A stretch of DNA of 64,000 nt from Bacteroidetes bacterium RIFCSPLOWO2_12_FULL_37_12 (GCA_001769655.1 MEPC01000024.1:77572-141571), one strand, 5' to 3'; counted from the stretch's first letter, positions 47,485 to 57,759 are shown. The notes: generated by a model from the letters alone, not told the origin. Numbers and translations: made by a program.

Positions 47485-47533
47485 TAGTTATATGGTTATA
47501 TGGTTATATGGTTAAATGGTTAATTAATAATTA

Positions 47534-50530
47534 TTGGATATTAAAATAATGAAGAAGTATTGGCAAAGTTTAGAACAAATGCAACCAGATGTCAAAACAA
47601 ATGGTAGTGGAGAAGTTCCGGGATTTCCTGATCATCATGAGGAACTGCGTAGTGAAAATCTTCAAAATAGTGCACCTTCCAGAAGAGATTTTTTGAAGTG
47701 GTGTGGTTTTTCCATTACCTCATTTGCTGTGATTTCCGGTTGCGAAAAACCAATAAATGAGGCAATTCCTTTTTTAATCAAGCCGGTTGACATCACTCCC
47801 GGTTTAGCAAACCATTATGCCTCTTCTTATTTTGATGGTAGTGAATATTGCAGTGTATTAGTTAAAACGAGAGATGGAAGACCAATCAAAATTGAAGGGA
47901 ATGAACTTTCCGGACTGACAAAAGGTGGGACCAGTGCAAAAGTTCAGGCATCCGTTTTAAGTTTATATGATTCTGAACGATTAACTCATCCCATTAGCCA
48001 CAACCATACGGCAACCTGGGATGAAGTGGATAATGAAGTAAAAGCAAATCTTAGCGCCATTGCCAAACGTGGAGGAAAAATTGTTATACTTTCTTCAAGT
48101 ATTATAAGTCCTTCCACACAAAGTGTTATTAAAGATTTTATAGGGAAATACCCAACGGCAGAATTGATTAAGTATGATGCGATTTCTTTTTCGGCTACAT
48201 TGGATGCAAATAAAAAATCTTTCGGATTACAAGTGATCCCCGGTTATAGTTTTGATAAAGCGGAAATGATTGTAAGTTTTGGAGCAGATTTTCTGGGAAC
48301 ATGGCTTTCACCTGTTGAGTTCACAAAACAGTATGTCGTAAATAGAAAATTGGATAATGGCAGACAATCCATGTCAAAACACATTCAGTTTGAAACCGGT
48401 ATGTCGCTCACCGGAAGTAATGCTGACGAAAGAATTCCAATTAAACCATCCGAAGAAAAAATAATTCTTGGCAATTTGTATAATGAATTGGCAAAATTAG
48501 CCGGTGCAGATGCCATTAAAGTTCATACATCATCTCATAATGTCACAAAGTTGGCGGAAGAATTATGGTCTCATAGAAAAAAATCACTCGTTATTTCGGG
48601 AACCAATGATACGGTGACACAAACAATTATTAACGCAATCAATGTACTCCTTGAAAGTTATGGTAATACGATGGATTTGAATACTCCCATAAATCTCAGA
48701 CAAGCAATTGATCAGGAGATGATTTCATTAGTTGAGAATATGAATAATGGTAAAGTGGAAGCGCTACTTTTATACAACGTAAATCCGGTCTATGACTATC
48801 CGGATGCCACTAAATTTATAAACGGATTGTCAAAAGTTTTATTTACATTATCATTTTCAGATCGTTTGGATGAAAGTTCTTCGCTTGTAAAATATGTTTG
48901 CCCCGACAATCATTATTTGGAAAGTTGGAATGATGCTGAACCGAAAAATGGCTTTTTCAGTTTGACTCAACCCACCCTGCATACCTTATTTGCAACCCGT
49001 TCTGCTCAGGATAGTATTTTGAAATGGGCTGAAATTGATATAAGCCATTATAACTATATTAAAGAATACTGGAAAAAAAATATTTTTCCGTTGCAAACAT
49101 CAATCACTGACTTTGAACATTTCTGGGTAAAGAGTTTACAGGAAGGTGTTTTTGAATCTCATTCCGCACCGGTTTCACAACCTGCTTATATAAGTCAAGG
49201 GTTCAAAGATGCATCTTTAGAGTTGGAAAAACCGGTAGAGTCGGCTGAAGGAATTGAATTGGAGGTATATGAAAACATCGGTATAGGAAATGGAAAGCAT
49301 GCCAATAATCCATGGTTGCAGGAATTACCTGATCCAATTTCTAAGGTGAGTTGGGATAATTATGTAGCTGTGTCGCCAAAATTTGCAAGCGAACAGGGTT
49401 TGGAGAATGGCACAGTTGTAAAAATTGGGAATAAAAATAAACAATTGGAATTGCCGGTTTTTGTGCAACCCGGTCAGGCACAAGGAACCATATCCATTGC
49501 ATTGGGTTATGGAAGAACAGCCGGCGGAAAAGTGGCGGCAGGTCTTGGCGCTAACGCATATTCGTTGTTGGAAGTAAAGCAAGGGAATATTCAATACAAA
49601 ATAAAAGGAATAAAAATTGACAAAACAGATAAGCATCACTCATTAGCGCTAAGTCAAACTCATAACCTGATGGAAGGACGTGCTATTGTTAAAGAAACAA
49701 CATTAGCAAGCTATATTGAAAATCCTTCCTCTGGGAATGAAGATCGGAAAAAAATAATGGAGGAGTCAGTTACTTTATATGATAAATTGGAACACAAAGG
49801 ATTACGGTGGGGAATGTCTATTGATTTGAATGCATGTACGGGTTGTGGTAATTGTGTCATCGCTTGTCAGGCAGAGAATAATGTTCCTGTGGTTGGAAAA
49901 GAAGAAGTGGAACGCAGACGCATCATGCACTGGTTAAGTATTAACAGATATTTTTCCGATAGTCCGGATAATCCTCAAACAGTACATCAACCGATGTTAT
50001 GCCAACATTGCGAAAATGCTCCCTGTGAAAATGTTTGTCCTGTTTCAGCAACCATGCATAGTTCGGAAGGACTCAATCAAATGGCATATAACCGCTGTGT
50101 GGGTACACGCTATTGCATGAATAATTGTCCTTATAAAGTTCGCCGGTTTAATTGGTTTGAATATGTTGACAACGATAATTTTGATTATCATTTGAATAAT
50201 AAACTCGGAAAAATGGTGCTCAATCCTGATGTAACGGTACGCTCACGTGGGGTGGTTGAGAAATGTTCTTTTTGTATTCAACGGATTCAGGAAGGAAAAT
50301 TAAAAGCGAAGTTGGAAAACCGCGAATTAAAGGACTACGAAATACAAACGGCTTGCATGAGTTCTTGCCCGGCAAATGCCATTGTTTTTGGAAATTTAAA
50401 CGATAAAGATAGTGCTGTGTCACAGCTAATCAAAGATGATCGGAATTATAATGTGCTGGAAGAATTACACATATTGCCCTCTATTGGTTATCTAACGAAG
50501 GTCAGGAATACGGAGGGGAAGGAGGTATAA
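47534..50530 (+). CDS. actB: ACIII subunit ActB, Tat-exported molybdopterin-oxidoreductase-like / 4Fe-4S iron-sulfur protein
   Basis: Twin-arginine signal SRRDFLKW. Large MopB-like domain lacking obvious Mo-ligands. C-terminal ferredoxin-like Cys clusters (CTGCGNCVIACQ, CQHCENAPCENVCP, CVGTRYCMNNCPYKV). Confidence 0.9.
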   Translation: MDIKIMKKYWQSLEQMQPDVKTNGSGEVPGFPDHHEELRSENLQNSAPSRRDFLKWCGFSITSFAVISGCEKPINEAIPFLIKPVDITPGLANHYASSYFDGSEYCSVLVKTRDGRPIKIEGNELSGLTKGGTSAKVQASVLSLYDSERLTHPISHNHTATWDEVDNEVKANLSAIAKRGGKIVILSSSIISPSTQSVIKDFIGKYPTAELIKYDAISFSATLDANKKSFGLQVIPGYSFDKAEMIVSFGADFLGTWLSPVEFTKQYVVNRKLDNGRQSMSKHIQFETGMSLTGSNADERIPIKPSEEKIILGNLYNELAKLAGADAIKVHTSSHNVTKLAEELWSHRKKSLVISGTNDTVTQTIINAINVLLESYGNTMDLNTPINLRQAIDQEMISLVENMNNGKVEALLLYNVNPVYDYPDATKFINGLSKVLFTLSFSDRLDESSSLVKYVCPDNHYLESWNDAEPKNGFFSLTQPTLHTLFATRSAQDSILKWAEIDISHYNYIKEYWKKNIFPLQTSITDFEHFWVKSLQEGVFESHSAPVSQPAYISQGFKDASLELEKPVESAEGIELEVYENIGIGNGKHANNPWLQELPDPISKVSWDNYVAVSPKFASEQGLENGTVVKIGNKNKQLELPVFVQPGQAQGTISIALGYGRTAGGKVAAGLGANAYSLLEVKQGNIQYKIKGIKIDKTDKHHSLALSQTHNLMEGRAIVKETTLASYIENPSSGNEDRKKIMEESVTLYDKLEHKGLRWGMSIDLNACTGCGNCVIACQAENNVPVVGKEEVERRRIMHWLSINRYFSDSPDNPQTVHQPMLCQHCENAPCENVCPVSATMHSSEGLNQMAYNRCVGTRYCMNNCPYKVRRFNWFEYVDNDNFDYHLNNKLGKMVLNPDVTVRSRGVVEKCSFCIQRIQEGKLKAKLENRELKDYEIQTACMSSCPANAIVFGNLNDKDSAVSQLIKDDRNYNVLEELHILPSIGYLTKVRNTEGKEV

Positions 50531-50718
50531 AGAAAAAAACATAAAACACAAAACAAGAAATGAAAAATGTATAAGTATGAATGCATTTATGTAAACAGTC
50601 ACAAAAATATAGATAGGGAACCACTTAGTCATTTATTGTTATGTGTTTTATGTTATATGTTAATCATTTTTATTAAACCTGAGTACCGTTGTTGTGATAA
50701 AAATTAATAGATACAATT

Positions 50719-52086
50719 ATGTATGAGTCACCCATCAGAGACCCTTTAGTAACAGGAGGGAAGGACTATCACCAGATATCAGAAGATATATGTGCTCCAT
50801 TAGAGGCGCGTAAATTTTCCAAGATGTGGTATTTTATTTTATGGCTTAGCATTTCAGCCATGTGTTTTGGAGGTTGGGCGCTTTATATTACCATCACACA
50901 AGGTATTGGTGCATGGGGAGTAAACAATACAGTTTGCTGGGGCTGGGGAATTATCAATTTTGTTTGGTGGATAGGAATAGGACATGCGGGTACTGCCTTT
51001 TCAATTTTTCTACTCGTGCTACGGCAAAGATGGAGGACATCCATTAACCGTTCTGCAGAAGCAATGACTGTGTTTGCAATTCTGTGTGCATCATTGTATC
51101 CCATTGCGCACATGGGAAGAATTTGGGTGTGCTATTTTGTTTTCCCTTACCCGAATGCAAGAGGTCCCCTGTGGGTAAATTTTAATTCTCCGTTGTTATG
51201 GGATGTTTTTGCAATAGGAACGTATGTGCTTGCATCCTCTACATTCTGGTACTTGGGAATGCTTCCGGATTTTGCTACCATCCGGGATCGTGCCACTACA
51301 AAGATTCGGAAATCAATTTACGGATTTCTTAGTTTCGGTTGGGATGGTTCCGCAAGAACCTGGTTACGTTTTGAATCGCTTTCCTCAATTTTAGCCGGAC
51401 TTGCCGCCGCGTTGGTGGTTTCGGTGCATTCTATCATCTCAATGGATTTTGCTACTTCCGTAATCTACGGATGGCATACTACCATCTTTCCACCCTATTT
51501 TGTAGTAGGCGCTATTTTTTCAGGATTTGCAATGGTGCTAACGTTGATGATTATTGTACGAAGAGCGTTTAATTTTCAAGATTATGTGACTAATTCTCAT
51601 CTGAACGCAATCACAAAAATTTTGGTATTTATCAGTTTGATTATGGGTACAGGATATACCACGGAGATTTTTCTATCCTGGTATTCAGGGAATGAATATG
51701 AATTTTTCGTATTTTTTCATAACCGGATTTCAGGTGACTACGCACTCCCTTATTGGACAATGATCGTATGTAATGCCATCATTCCGCAATTATTCTGGTT
51801 TAAGAAAATCAGAAAGAATCTAACGATTGTATTTATTATTTCATTAATAATAAATATCGGGATGTGGTTCGAAAGATTTGTTATCGTAGTCACCTCACTT
51901 TCTAAAGATTATCTTCCCGCAAATTGGTGGGAATATAAACCCACCGTTGTGGAAATGGGTATTTTTATCGGAACACTTGGATTTTTTGTCTTTGGTCTCT
52001 TATTATTTTTGAGATACTTGCCGGTGATTGCCATCAGTGAAGTGAAGGGGGTTTTAAAACCTGGTAAAAAACCGGAGGGACATTAA
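50719..52086 (+). CDS. actC: ACIII subunit ActC, NrfD/PsrC-like quinol-binding membrane subunit
   Basis: About 10-TM NrfD-family protein (WGVNNTVCWGWGIINFVWWIGIGHAGTAFS). Confidence 0.85.
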   Translation: MYESPIRDPLVTGGKDYHQISEDICAPLEARKFSKMWYFILWLSISAMCFGGWALYITITQGIGAWGVNNTVCWGWGIINFVWWIGIGHAGTAFSIFLLVLRQRWRTSINRSAEAMTVFAILCASLYPIAHMGRIWVCYFVFPYPNARGPLWVNFNSPLLWDVFAIGTYVLASSTFWYLGMLPDFATIRDRATTKIRKSIYGFLSFGWDGSARTWLRFESLSSILAGLAAALVVSVHSIISMDFATSVIYGWHTTIFPPYFVVGAIFSGFAMVLTLMIIVRRAFNFQDYVTNSHLNAITKILVFISLIMGTGYTTEIFLSWYSGNEYEFFVFFHNRISGDYALPYWTMIVCNAIIPQLFWFKKIRKNLTIVFIISLIINIGMWFERFVIVVTSLSKDYLPANWWEYKPTVVEMGIFIGTLGFFVFGLLLFLRYLPVIAISEVKGVLKPGKKPEGH

Positions 52087-52090
52087 AAAA

Positions 52091-52118
52091 AGGTATGGGG
52101 GTATAGGGGTATAGATGT
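52091..52118. repeat. short GGTATGGGGGTATAGGGGTATAGATGTATA array between actC and actD
   Basis: Octamer family member lying inside the ACIII operon. Confidence 0.6.
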
Positions 52119-52136
52119 ATATAACTGGAAAAAAAC

Positions 52137-52661
52137 ATGAACAAAAAATATATCATAGGGATTTTTAAAGAAGAAGAAAATTTAATTTCTGCGCTAAAAA
52201 AGATCCGCGCCGGAAACATCACCATAAAGGATGTTTACATGCCCTATCCTGTACATGGTGTTTTTGAAGCGGCGGGTATTAAAAATACAAGATTACCGAT
52301 TGCGGCAATTTGTTTTGGTATTCTGGGTTTGACCCTTTCCTTTATTTTTGTTTACTGGAGTTCCGCGATTAGTTATCCTTTGATTTACGGAGGAAAACCG
52401 CATTTTTCAATTTTATCATTCGTCATCATTGGTTTTTTATTGACTATTAACATTGGTTCATTCCTAAGTGTCATCACATTTTTTTTGCGGGTTAAATTAT
52501 TCCCAGGTAAAAAAAACAAGGTGATTGATTACCGTGTCACCGACAATCGATTTGCAATTGTTACAGAAATAAAAGAGGATGTTTCTTCCGATGAAATTCG
52601 CATTACGAAGTTATTAATGGAAGAAAACGGAGCGGAAGAAATAAATGAACGTAGTATTTAA
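52137..52661 (+). CDS. actD: ACIII subunit ActD (DUF3341 membrane protein)
   Basis: 174 aa with N-terminal soluble part plus 2 TM. Position between the actC and actE genes. Confidence 0.75.
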   Translation: MNKKYIIGIFKEEENLISALKKIRAGNITIKDVYMPYPVHGVFEAAGIKNTRLPIAAICFGILGLTLSFIFVYWSSAISYPLIYGGKPHFSILSFVIIGFLLTINIGSFLSVITFFLRVKLFPGKKNKVIDYRVTDNRFAIVTEIKEDVSSDEIRITKLLMEENGAEEINERSI

Positions 52662-52762
52662 ATAGTTTTAAATGTAATCGTAGGGAAAGACCTATGTGTC
52701 TTTTCTAAACCACGTTTTAAGTTTTAACAACTCTGTACACCATATTTATAGTCATAGTAATT

Positions 52763-53380
52763 ATGAAAATCAATTTTCCCATAGTTTATTTTGCATTTTT
52801 TTTGCTGATTGGTTACTCCTTCACGGGTTGTGAACCTGACAGAAAAAAGCCCGGTTACGATTACTTTCCTGATATGGTTTATTCAAAAGCGTACGAAACG
52901 TATCAGGCGAATCCTAATTATTCCGATGGTAAAACAGTTCAAAATCCGGTAGAAGGAACTATATCCCGTGAAATGATCCCATATCAATATCCCAAAACAG
53001 AAGAGGGTATGAAAAAAGCGGGCATTGAACTTACTATTCCTAAAAATTTAGTAGAGGTTAATCCGGAACGAGGAAAAAGAGAATATGAAATTTTTTGTGG
53101 AATCTGTCATGGTAGTGATGGAAAGGGAGAGGGAATTTTATACAAAAGTGGAAAATACCCGACCGAACCGGCATCTCTTGTTTCCCAGGATATGATTGAA
53201 AAACCTGATGGAGAGGTCTTTCATGTAATCACTGTTGGTTCCGCTATCATGCAAGCACATGCCTCACAAATCAAAGAAGAAGATAGATGGAAAATTATTT
53301 TATATATCAAAAATGTGCTTCAAAAAGATAATAAAAAGCGGTTAGATAGTTTGGCGAGTGTCAAGAAAGTTACAAAATAA
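52763..53380 (+). CDS. actE: ACIII subunit ActE, mono-heme cytochrome c lipoprotein
   Basis: Lipobox FTGC. Single CGICH motif. Met-containing C-terminal region. Confidence 0.8.
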   Translation: MKINFPIVYFAFFLLIGYSFTGCEPDRKKPGYDYFPDMVYSKAYETYQANPNYSDGKTVQNPVEGTISREMIPYQYPKTEEGMKKAGIELTIPKNLVEVNPERGKREYEIFCGICHGSDGKGEGILYKSGKYPTEPASLVSQDMIEKPDGEVFHVITVGSAIMQAHASQIKEEDRWKIILYIKNVLQKDNKKRLDSLASVKKVTK

Positions 53381-53391
53381 AAAAGTCAGCA

Positions 53392-54552
53392 ATGGAAGAA
53401 CAATATACAATATCTGAGAAACTCAAGAAGATCACCTACGTTCTTATGGGCATTGGAGCGCTTACTTTTAGTGTGGGTCTCTTTTTAAATCCAGCGCAAT
53501 CATGGGCTAATTTTCTTCTGAACAATTACTATTTTTTGTCACTTTCAATAGGAGCTATATTTTTTATTGCCATTCAATACATTACACAATCCGGTTGGTC
53601 AGCTATGTTTAAAAGAATACCCGAGGCAATGGGTGGGTATTTTCCCGTAGCGGCGGTGGCTATGCTTATTTTAATGCTCGGCTCTCACTCTATTTATCAT
53701 TGGACTCATAGCGAACAACTCGCTGATGACACGGCAGTGGCACATAAATTAAATTACTTTACTATTCCTTTTTTTATTATCCGGATCATACTCTTTTTTG
53801 CCGCCTGGATTTATTTATTTTCATTACTCAGAAAAGAATCTATCAAAGAGGATTTAAACGGTGGTTTGGAGTCATTTCATAAAAGTGAATTTTATTCCAA
53901 AGTATTTATTTTTGTTCTTGCCCTCACTTTTTCATTAGGAACAATAGATTGGATTATGTCTATAGATATTCACTGGTATAGTACTATTTTTGCCGTTACT
54001 AATCTGGTGAGCGCTTTTTATCATGCATCCGCTTTCATTACGTTGGTTGTCATTTTACTAAACGAAAAAGGATTTTTTAAATTTCTTAATAAAGATCATT
54101 TACACGATTTTTCAAAATACATTTACATCCTAGGTATTATTTGGGTTTATTTCTGGTTTTCACAATATTTGCTGATGTGGTATGCAAATATTCCTGAGGA
54201 AACAATATATTATGTGAAGAGAGTGCAAGGTAATTGGAAAATTTTATTCTATTTGAATATACTATTAAATTGGGCAATTCCCTTTATTGTACTCCTTCCC
54301 AATAAAGCATGTAAAAACAAAACTGTACTGAAAACAATCTGCTTGATTCTGATTATAGGACAATGGGTTGACTTATATTTGCAAATTATGCCTGGATCTG
54401 TCGGGGAATTTCATTTGGGTATTATTGAATTAGGTATGTTCCTTGGTTTTCTTGGTTTATTCATTTTCATCTTTGCAAAAACCTTGCGTAAAGCATCTCT
54501 CATTCCTAAGAATCATCCCTACCTTGAGGAAAGTATGTATCATCATATCTAA
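53392..54552 (+). CDS. actF: ACIII subunit ActF, second NrfD-like membrane subunit
   Basis: About 10 TM, paralogous topology to ActC. Last gene of the co-directional cluster. Confidence 0.8.
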   Translation: MEEQYTISEKLKKITYVLMGIGALTFSVGLFLNPAQSWANFLLNNYYFLSLSIGAIFFIAIQYITQSGWSAMFKRIPEAMGGYFPVAAVAMLILMLGSHSIYHWTHSEQLADDTAVAHKLNYFTIPFFIIRIILFFAAWIYLFSLLRKESIKEDLNGGLESFHKSEFYSKVFIFVLALTFSLGTIDWIMSIDIHWYSTIFAVTNLVSAFYHASAFITLVVILLNEKGFFKFLNKDHLHDFSKYIYILGIIWVYFWFSQYLLMWYANIPEETIYYVKRVQGNWKILFYLNILLNWAIPFIVLLPNKACKNKTVLKTICLILIIGQWVDLYLQIMPGSVGEFHLGIIELGMFLGFLGLFIFIFAKTLRKASLIPKNHPYLEESMYHHI

Positions 54553-54598
54553 CGTTGATTTTGCTTCCGAATCTGCAATATCCACAAGGGTATTGCTC

Positions 54599-56857
54599 TT
54601 AAAACTTATACCTCAACTGCAAAATTATTTCCGAACGGTTATTACCCGCACTTAATTCATTCCCGCTTCCTACGATCTTTCTGTCACGATAGCTGAATAA
54701 TGCATATCGTCCCCAGAAATCAAGATTTTTTATTATCCGCGTCCGTAATAAAAAGTAGGTTCTCAACCCGGTGCCGGAAACGGTAGGCGTGCTGAATGCA
54801 TACAATACATTTTTTTCATACGAATAAATCCGGTTGTTGAAATCGGGAATGTCAAATAAGGCACAACGGGTCCCGAATGTAAACCGGTTTATTTCAAAAT
54901 TAAAATCCTGAACAAGCATGTAGCCATAAGTAGTGACACTAAACAAACGGGAGTAATCATTCAACTCGATACGTGATGCCATGGAAATCTGATTTTCGGG
55001 CGAACCCGGAAGTTTATAATTATAATGCAGACGGTAGCTGTTTTTAATAGCAGGCGAAAGATAATCTAAGTAAGCCAATTCATCGCTTGTGTTGTTGAGC
55101 TTGTTTTCATATTTAAATTGAAAATACACATTATTATGTTTACTGGGTGTGTAAGTAATCTTGGTAAGAAATTCCTTTCCTCCCGAAGGACCGTCTATCT
55201 GGTATTTCAACCATGGGAAATCGAAAATATCAAAGTAGCAACTCCAGACCCATCTTTTATTGGGAGTAATTTTTATACCCCAGTAGGTTCCTTTTTCATT
55301 GATAGGGCGGGAACTTTCAGCAAAAGGATTACCGAAGATTGAATGAAAATCTTTGGAATAGTTACGGTAAACATAAGCAAATTCAACTTGCTTTGACAAG
55401 CTGGCAATAAGACCATAAATCTGACCGGTGCCACCGCTGTCAGAGCGTGCCGCTTCACCGAAAAAATTAAAATTTCTCCAGATGATAGTAAAATCAGCGC
55501 CAAATACCTCATTGGTATTTCCGGTGAATTCGAAATAATTGTAAGGATAAGGTGACTTTTTGAAATTAACCGGTTTTAATGAATCAGAATCCATATAATT
55601 AGTACGTGTCCAAGTAGCACCCGCTTGCCACAATCCGGAGGGTGCATTGTAACTGGCATGCGAGCCCATGGTTTGTGTAATAACAGTGTTTCTGCTTAAT
55701 AGCTCATTTTTTGTTCGATGAAAACCTTGTTCTTCAAACCGGCTAATAAATGCTTCTTCCTGATTCAACGAATCTTTAACTGTTTTAATATCCGCATCAA
55801 CATTTAACCAGGAGTAATATGCAGATATATCAAAGAATTTTAATAAGGAATAAGTGACAGCGCCACCTCTCAGAAATCCCCCTTCGATGACAGAGGAATA
55901 GGGTCTGATACCTGAACCGGGCTTACGCGCAGTCGTAATGGTTTCGGCTCCTTTTCCCATGGTAAATCCGGTATTCATCACCAAACCCTGACCAAATTGA
56001 AGTTGATAGTCACCGAGAGCAATGGTTTTAAACTTTCCTTTATTATACAGTTGAAAATGCCCTGAATAATAATCCATGCCGTATCTGCTTGAATCGGGAT
56101 TCCATGCAAACGCTTCACCGGCATCTTTTTCGGCTACCAGTCCCAAACTAAAATCTTTCGTGTGAGAAATACTAACGCGACTGTATAATTTGAATTGATC
56201 TCCCTGATAAGGGTCTTTTGACACAAAAGTATCTTGACCGGAAATCACAGTTTCATAGCCAACTTGTGGCTCAATTAACTGTTGGTATCTAACCATCACC
56301 CAACTGTTATCTTCGTGTGCGATTCTCTGAAAAAGATTTTGGCCGCCTACATTTATTCCAACATCGGTGGCATTTACAAAAGGAAGTAACCGGTAAATAG
56401 TATTCAAATCAAATTCCGGAATGGACTGTAATTCATACACACTTAATAAGTTGCCGAATTTCCCACGGTATTGAAAAAAAGAATTTAATTGCGATTCATT
56501 GAGAATGAAAAGAGATGCTAATTCATCCCGGTCTGTTTTATTCAGGTCAATGGGATTCTGAAGAAAATCCTGAAGACGGTCAAAGAGTTGGCTGTAATCA
56601 ATGGTTTGGTCAGATTCCTGTGTGAGGTCTTCTATGAAGTCGTTCAGGTCAATTTCGGGACGGGGTGGGGTTTGGGCTTTGAGAGGGTGGGATATGATAA
56701 ACGATGAAATAAAAATTGCAAAATAAAAAAGTATGTAACGCTTATAAGAAACGTTATAGGATATTAAATTTGGAAGAATGAAAAAATTCATTTTTAAGTT
56801 GAAATTGAATTTGTTTATAGAATCAGAAGTGGGATATGTTGATTTGTGTAGAGACAC
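54599..56857 (-). CDS. large outer-membrane beta-barrel protein with N-terminal ComEA-like helix-hairpin-helix domain
   Basis: Tandem HhH motifs (IDLNKTDRDELASLFILNESQLNSF; ELQSIPEFDLNTIYRLLPFV), then about 600 aa of Y/G/F-rich beta-strand pattern ending ..LRYKF. The true start is probably MNFFILPN at 56791, because a palindrome occupies the ORF-track N-terminus. Confidence 0.6.
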   Translation of the reverse strand: MSLHKSTYPTSDSINKFNFNLKMNFFILPNLISYNVSYKRYILFYFAIFISSFIISHPLKAQTPPRPEIDLNDFIEDLTQESDQTIDYSQLFDRLQDFLQNPIDLNKTDRDELASLFILNESQLNSFFQYRGKFGNLLSVYELQSIPEFDLNTIYRLLPFVNATDVGINVGGQNLFQRIAHEDNSWVMVRYQQLIEPQVGYETVISGQDTFVSKDPYQGDQFKLYSRVSISHTKDFSLGLVAEKDAGEAFAWNPDSSRYGMDYYSGHFQLYNKGKFKTIALGDYQLQFGQGLVMNTGFTMGKGAETITTARKPGSGIRPYSSVIEGGFLRGGAVTYSLLKFFDISAYYSWLNVDADIKTVKDSLNQEEAFISRFEEQGFHRTKNELLSRNTVITQTMGSHASYNAPSGLWQAGATWTRTNYMDSDSLKPVNFKKSPYPYNYFEFTGNTNEVFGADFTIIWRNFNFFGEAARSDSGGTGQIYGLIASLSKQVEFAYVYRNYSKDFHSIFGNPFAESSRPINEKGTYWGIKITPNKRWVWSCYFDIFDFPWLKYQIDGPSGGKEFLTKITYTPSKHNNVYFQFKYENKLNNTSDELAYLDYLSPAIKNSYRLHYNYKLPGSPENQISMASRIELNDYSRLFSVTTYGYMLVQDFNFEINRFTFGTRCALFDIPDFNNRIYSYEKNVLYAFSTPTVSGTGLRTYFLLRTRIIKNLDFWGRYALFSYRDRKIVGSGNELSAGNNRSEIILQLRYKF

Positions 56858-56873
56858 GGTGCACCGTGTCTCT
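56850..56873. repeat. 24-bp perfect palindrome AGAGACACGGTGCACCGTGTCTCT (copy 2), extended here to a 28-bp perfect palindrome GTAGAGACACGGTGCACCGTGTCTCTAC
   Basis: Identical to 13855-13878. Overlaps the TAG stop of the gene at 56872..57759, on the minus strand. Confidence 0.8.
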
Positions 56874-57759
56874 ACTCGTGCTCTCCACCAGTTTTTTTAT
56901 CCTGAAACAATGTACCGAACCGTAAGCTTACAGAAGCATGGTGTGAAATACCCAGTTTGTCATGAACATTCAGGGCATAGTCCAACTGGAACATTTTCAA
57001 AATAATGCCGATACCGTAATATCCCATTTCTGGCTGTGTGGATATTCCTGTACGAAGTGCCAATGCTGAAATAATTTTGTATTCGATACCTGCTTTGTAA
57101 TTAGAGGGATGGTCTAAATCCTTTTCAGCTTCTACCGAAATAATTAATTTATCAATAGGGGTATAAGCCACACCGGAACGGATGATAGTGGGAATATATT
57201 CATTAAGATTTAAGGTTTCATAATAAGCGAGTTTAGTTTGTGAGAAATTATAAACCTGTGCACCCACGATAATTTTTTTGATAAACACGGTAGAAATTCC
57301 GAATTCAAATACAGTGGAATTTTTCGTTTGCATTCCTTCCCCTTGTTCTGAGAGATTAACGTTGGTTTGTAGAAAATCGGCAACAAATCCGAAACGGATA
57401 CCTGCAACATTTCTGGCATATCCTATTCCGATTTTCTGGTCGTTATATCTTTTATCGCCGAATCGTTGATAAGAAAGTGAAAAATTTCCAAGTAAAGGGT
57501 GCGGGAAAATAAAAGCGGATGCCTGGGTAGTAAGTTCAGGTAATCCAAAACGATTTTCATAAAAATAAGCGCCGCTGATTTGAGTTAAATCCGCCGTAGT
57601 TCCTATGTTATTGAATGCCGCCCACTCATCACTAAGTGTCACTGAGGTATTCCCCATACCCCAGGAACGTGCGCCGATGGGGAAATTTTCGTTTGCGGCA
57701 AAAAACTTTGTTGAAAAATAAAATAATAAAGCGAGGGTCAGAAAGGGTTTTTTAAACAT
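56872..57759 (-). CDS. outer-membrane beta-barrel protein, possibly T9SS PorQ/PorP-SprF-like
   Basis: Signal peptide. N-terminal ARSWGMGNTSVTLSDEWAAFNNIG resembles the PorQ/FadL-like N-terminal motif. About 295 aa, a size typical of the family. The assignment is tentative. Confidence 0.35.
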   Translation of the reverse strand: MFKKPFLTLALLFYFSTKFFAANENFPIGARSWGMGNTSVTLSDEWAAFNNIGTTADLTQISGAYFYENRFGLPELTTQASAFIFPHPLLGNFSLSYQRFGDKRYNDQKIGIGYARNVAGIRFGFVADFLQTNVNLSEQGEGMQTKNSTVFEFGISTVFIKKIIVGAQVYNFSQTKLAYYETLNLNEYIPTIIRSGVAYTPIDKLIISVEAEKDLDHPSNYKAGIEYKIISALALRTGISTQPEMGYYGIGIILKMFQLDYALNVHDKLGISHHASVSLRFGTLFQDKKTGGEHE

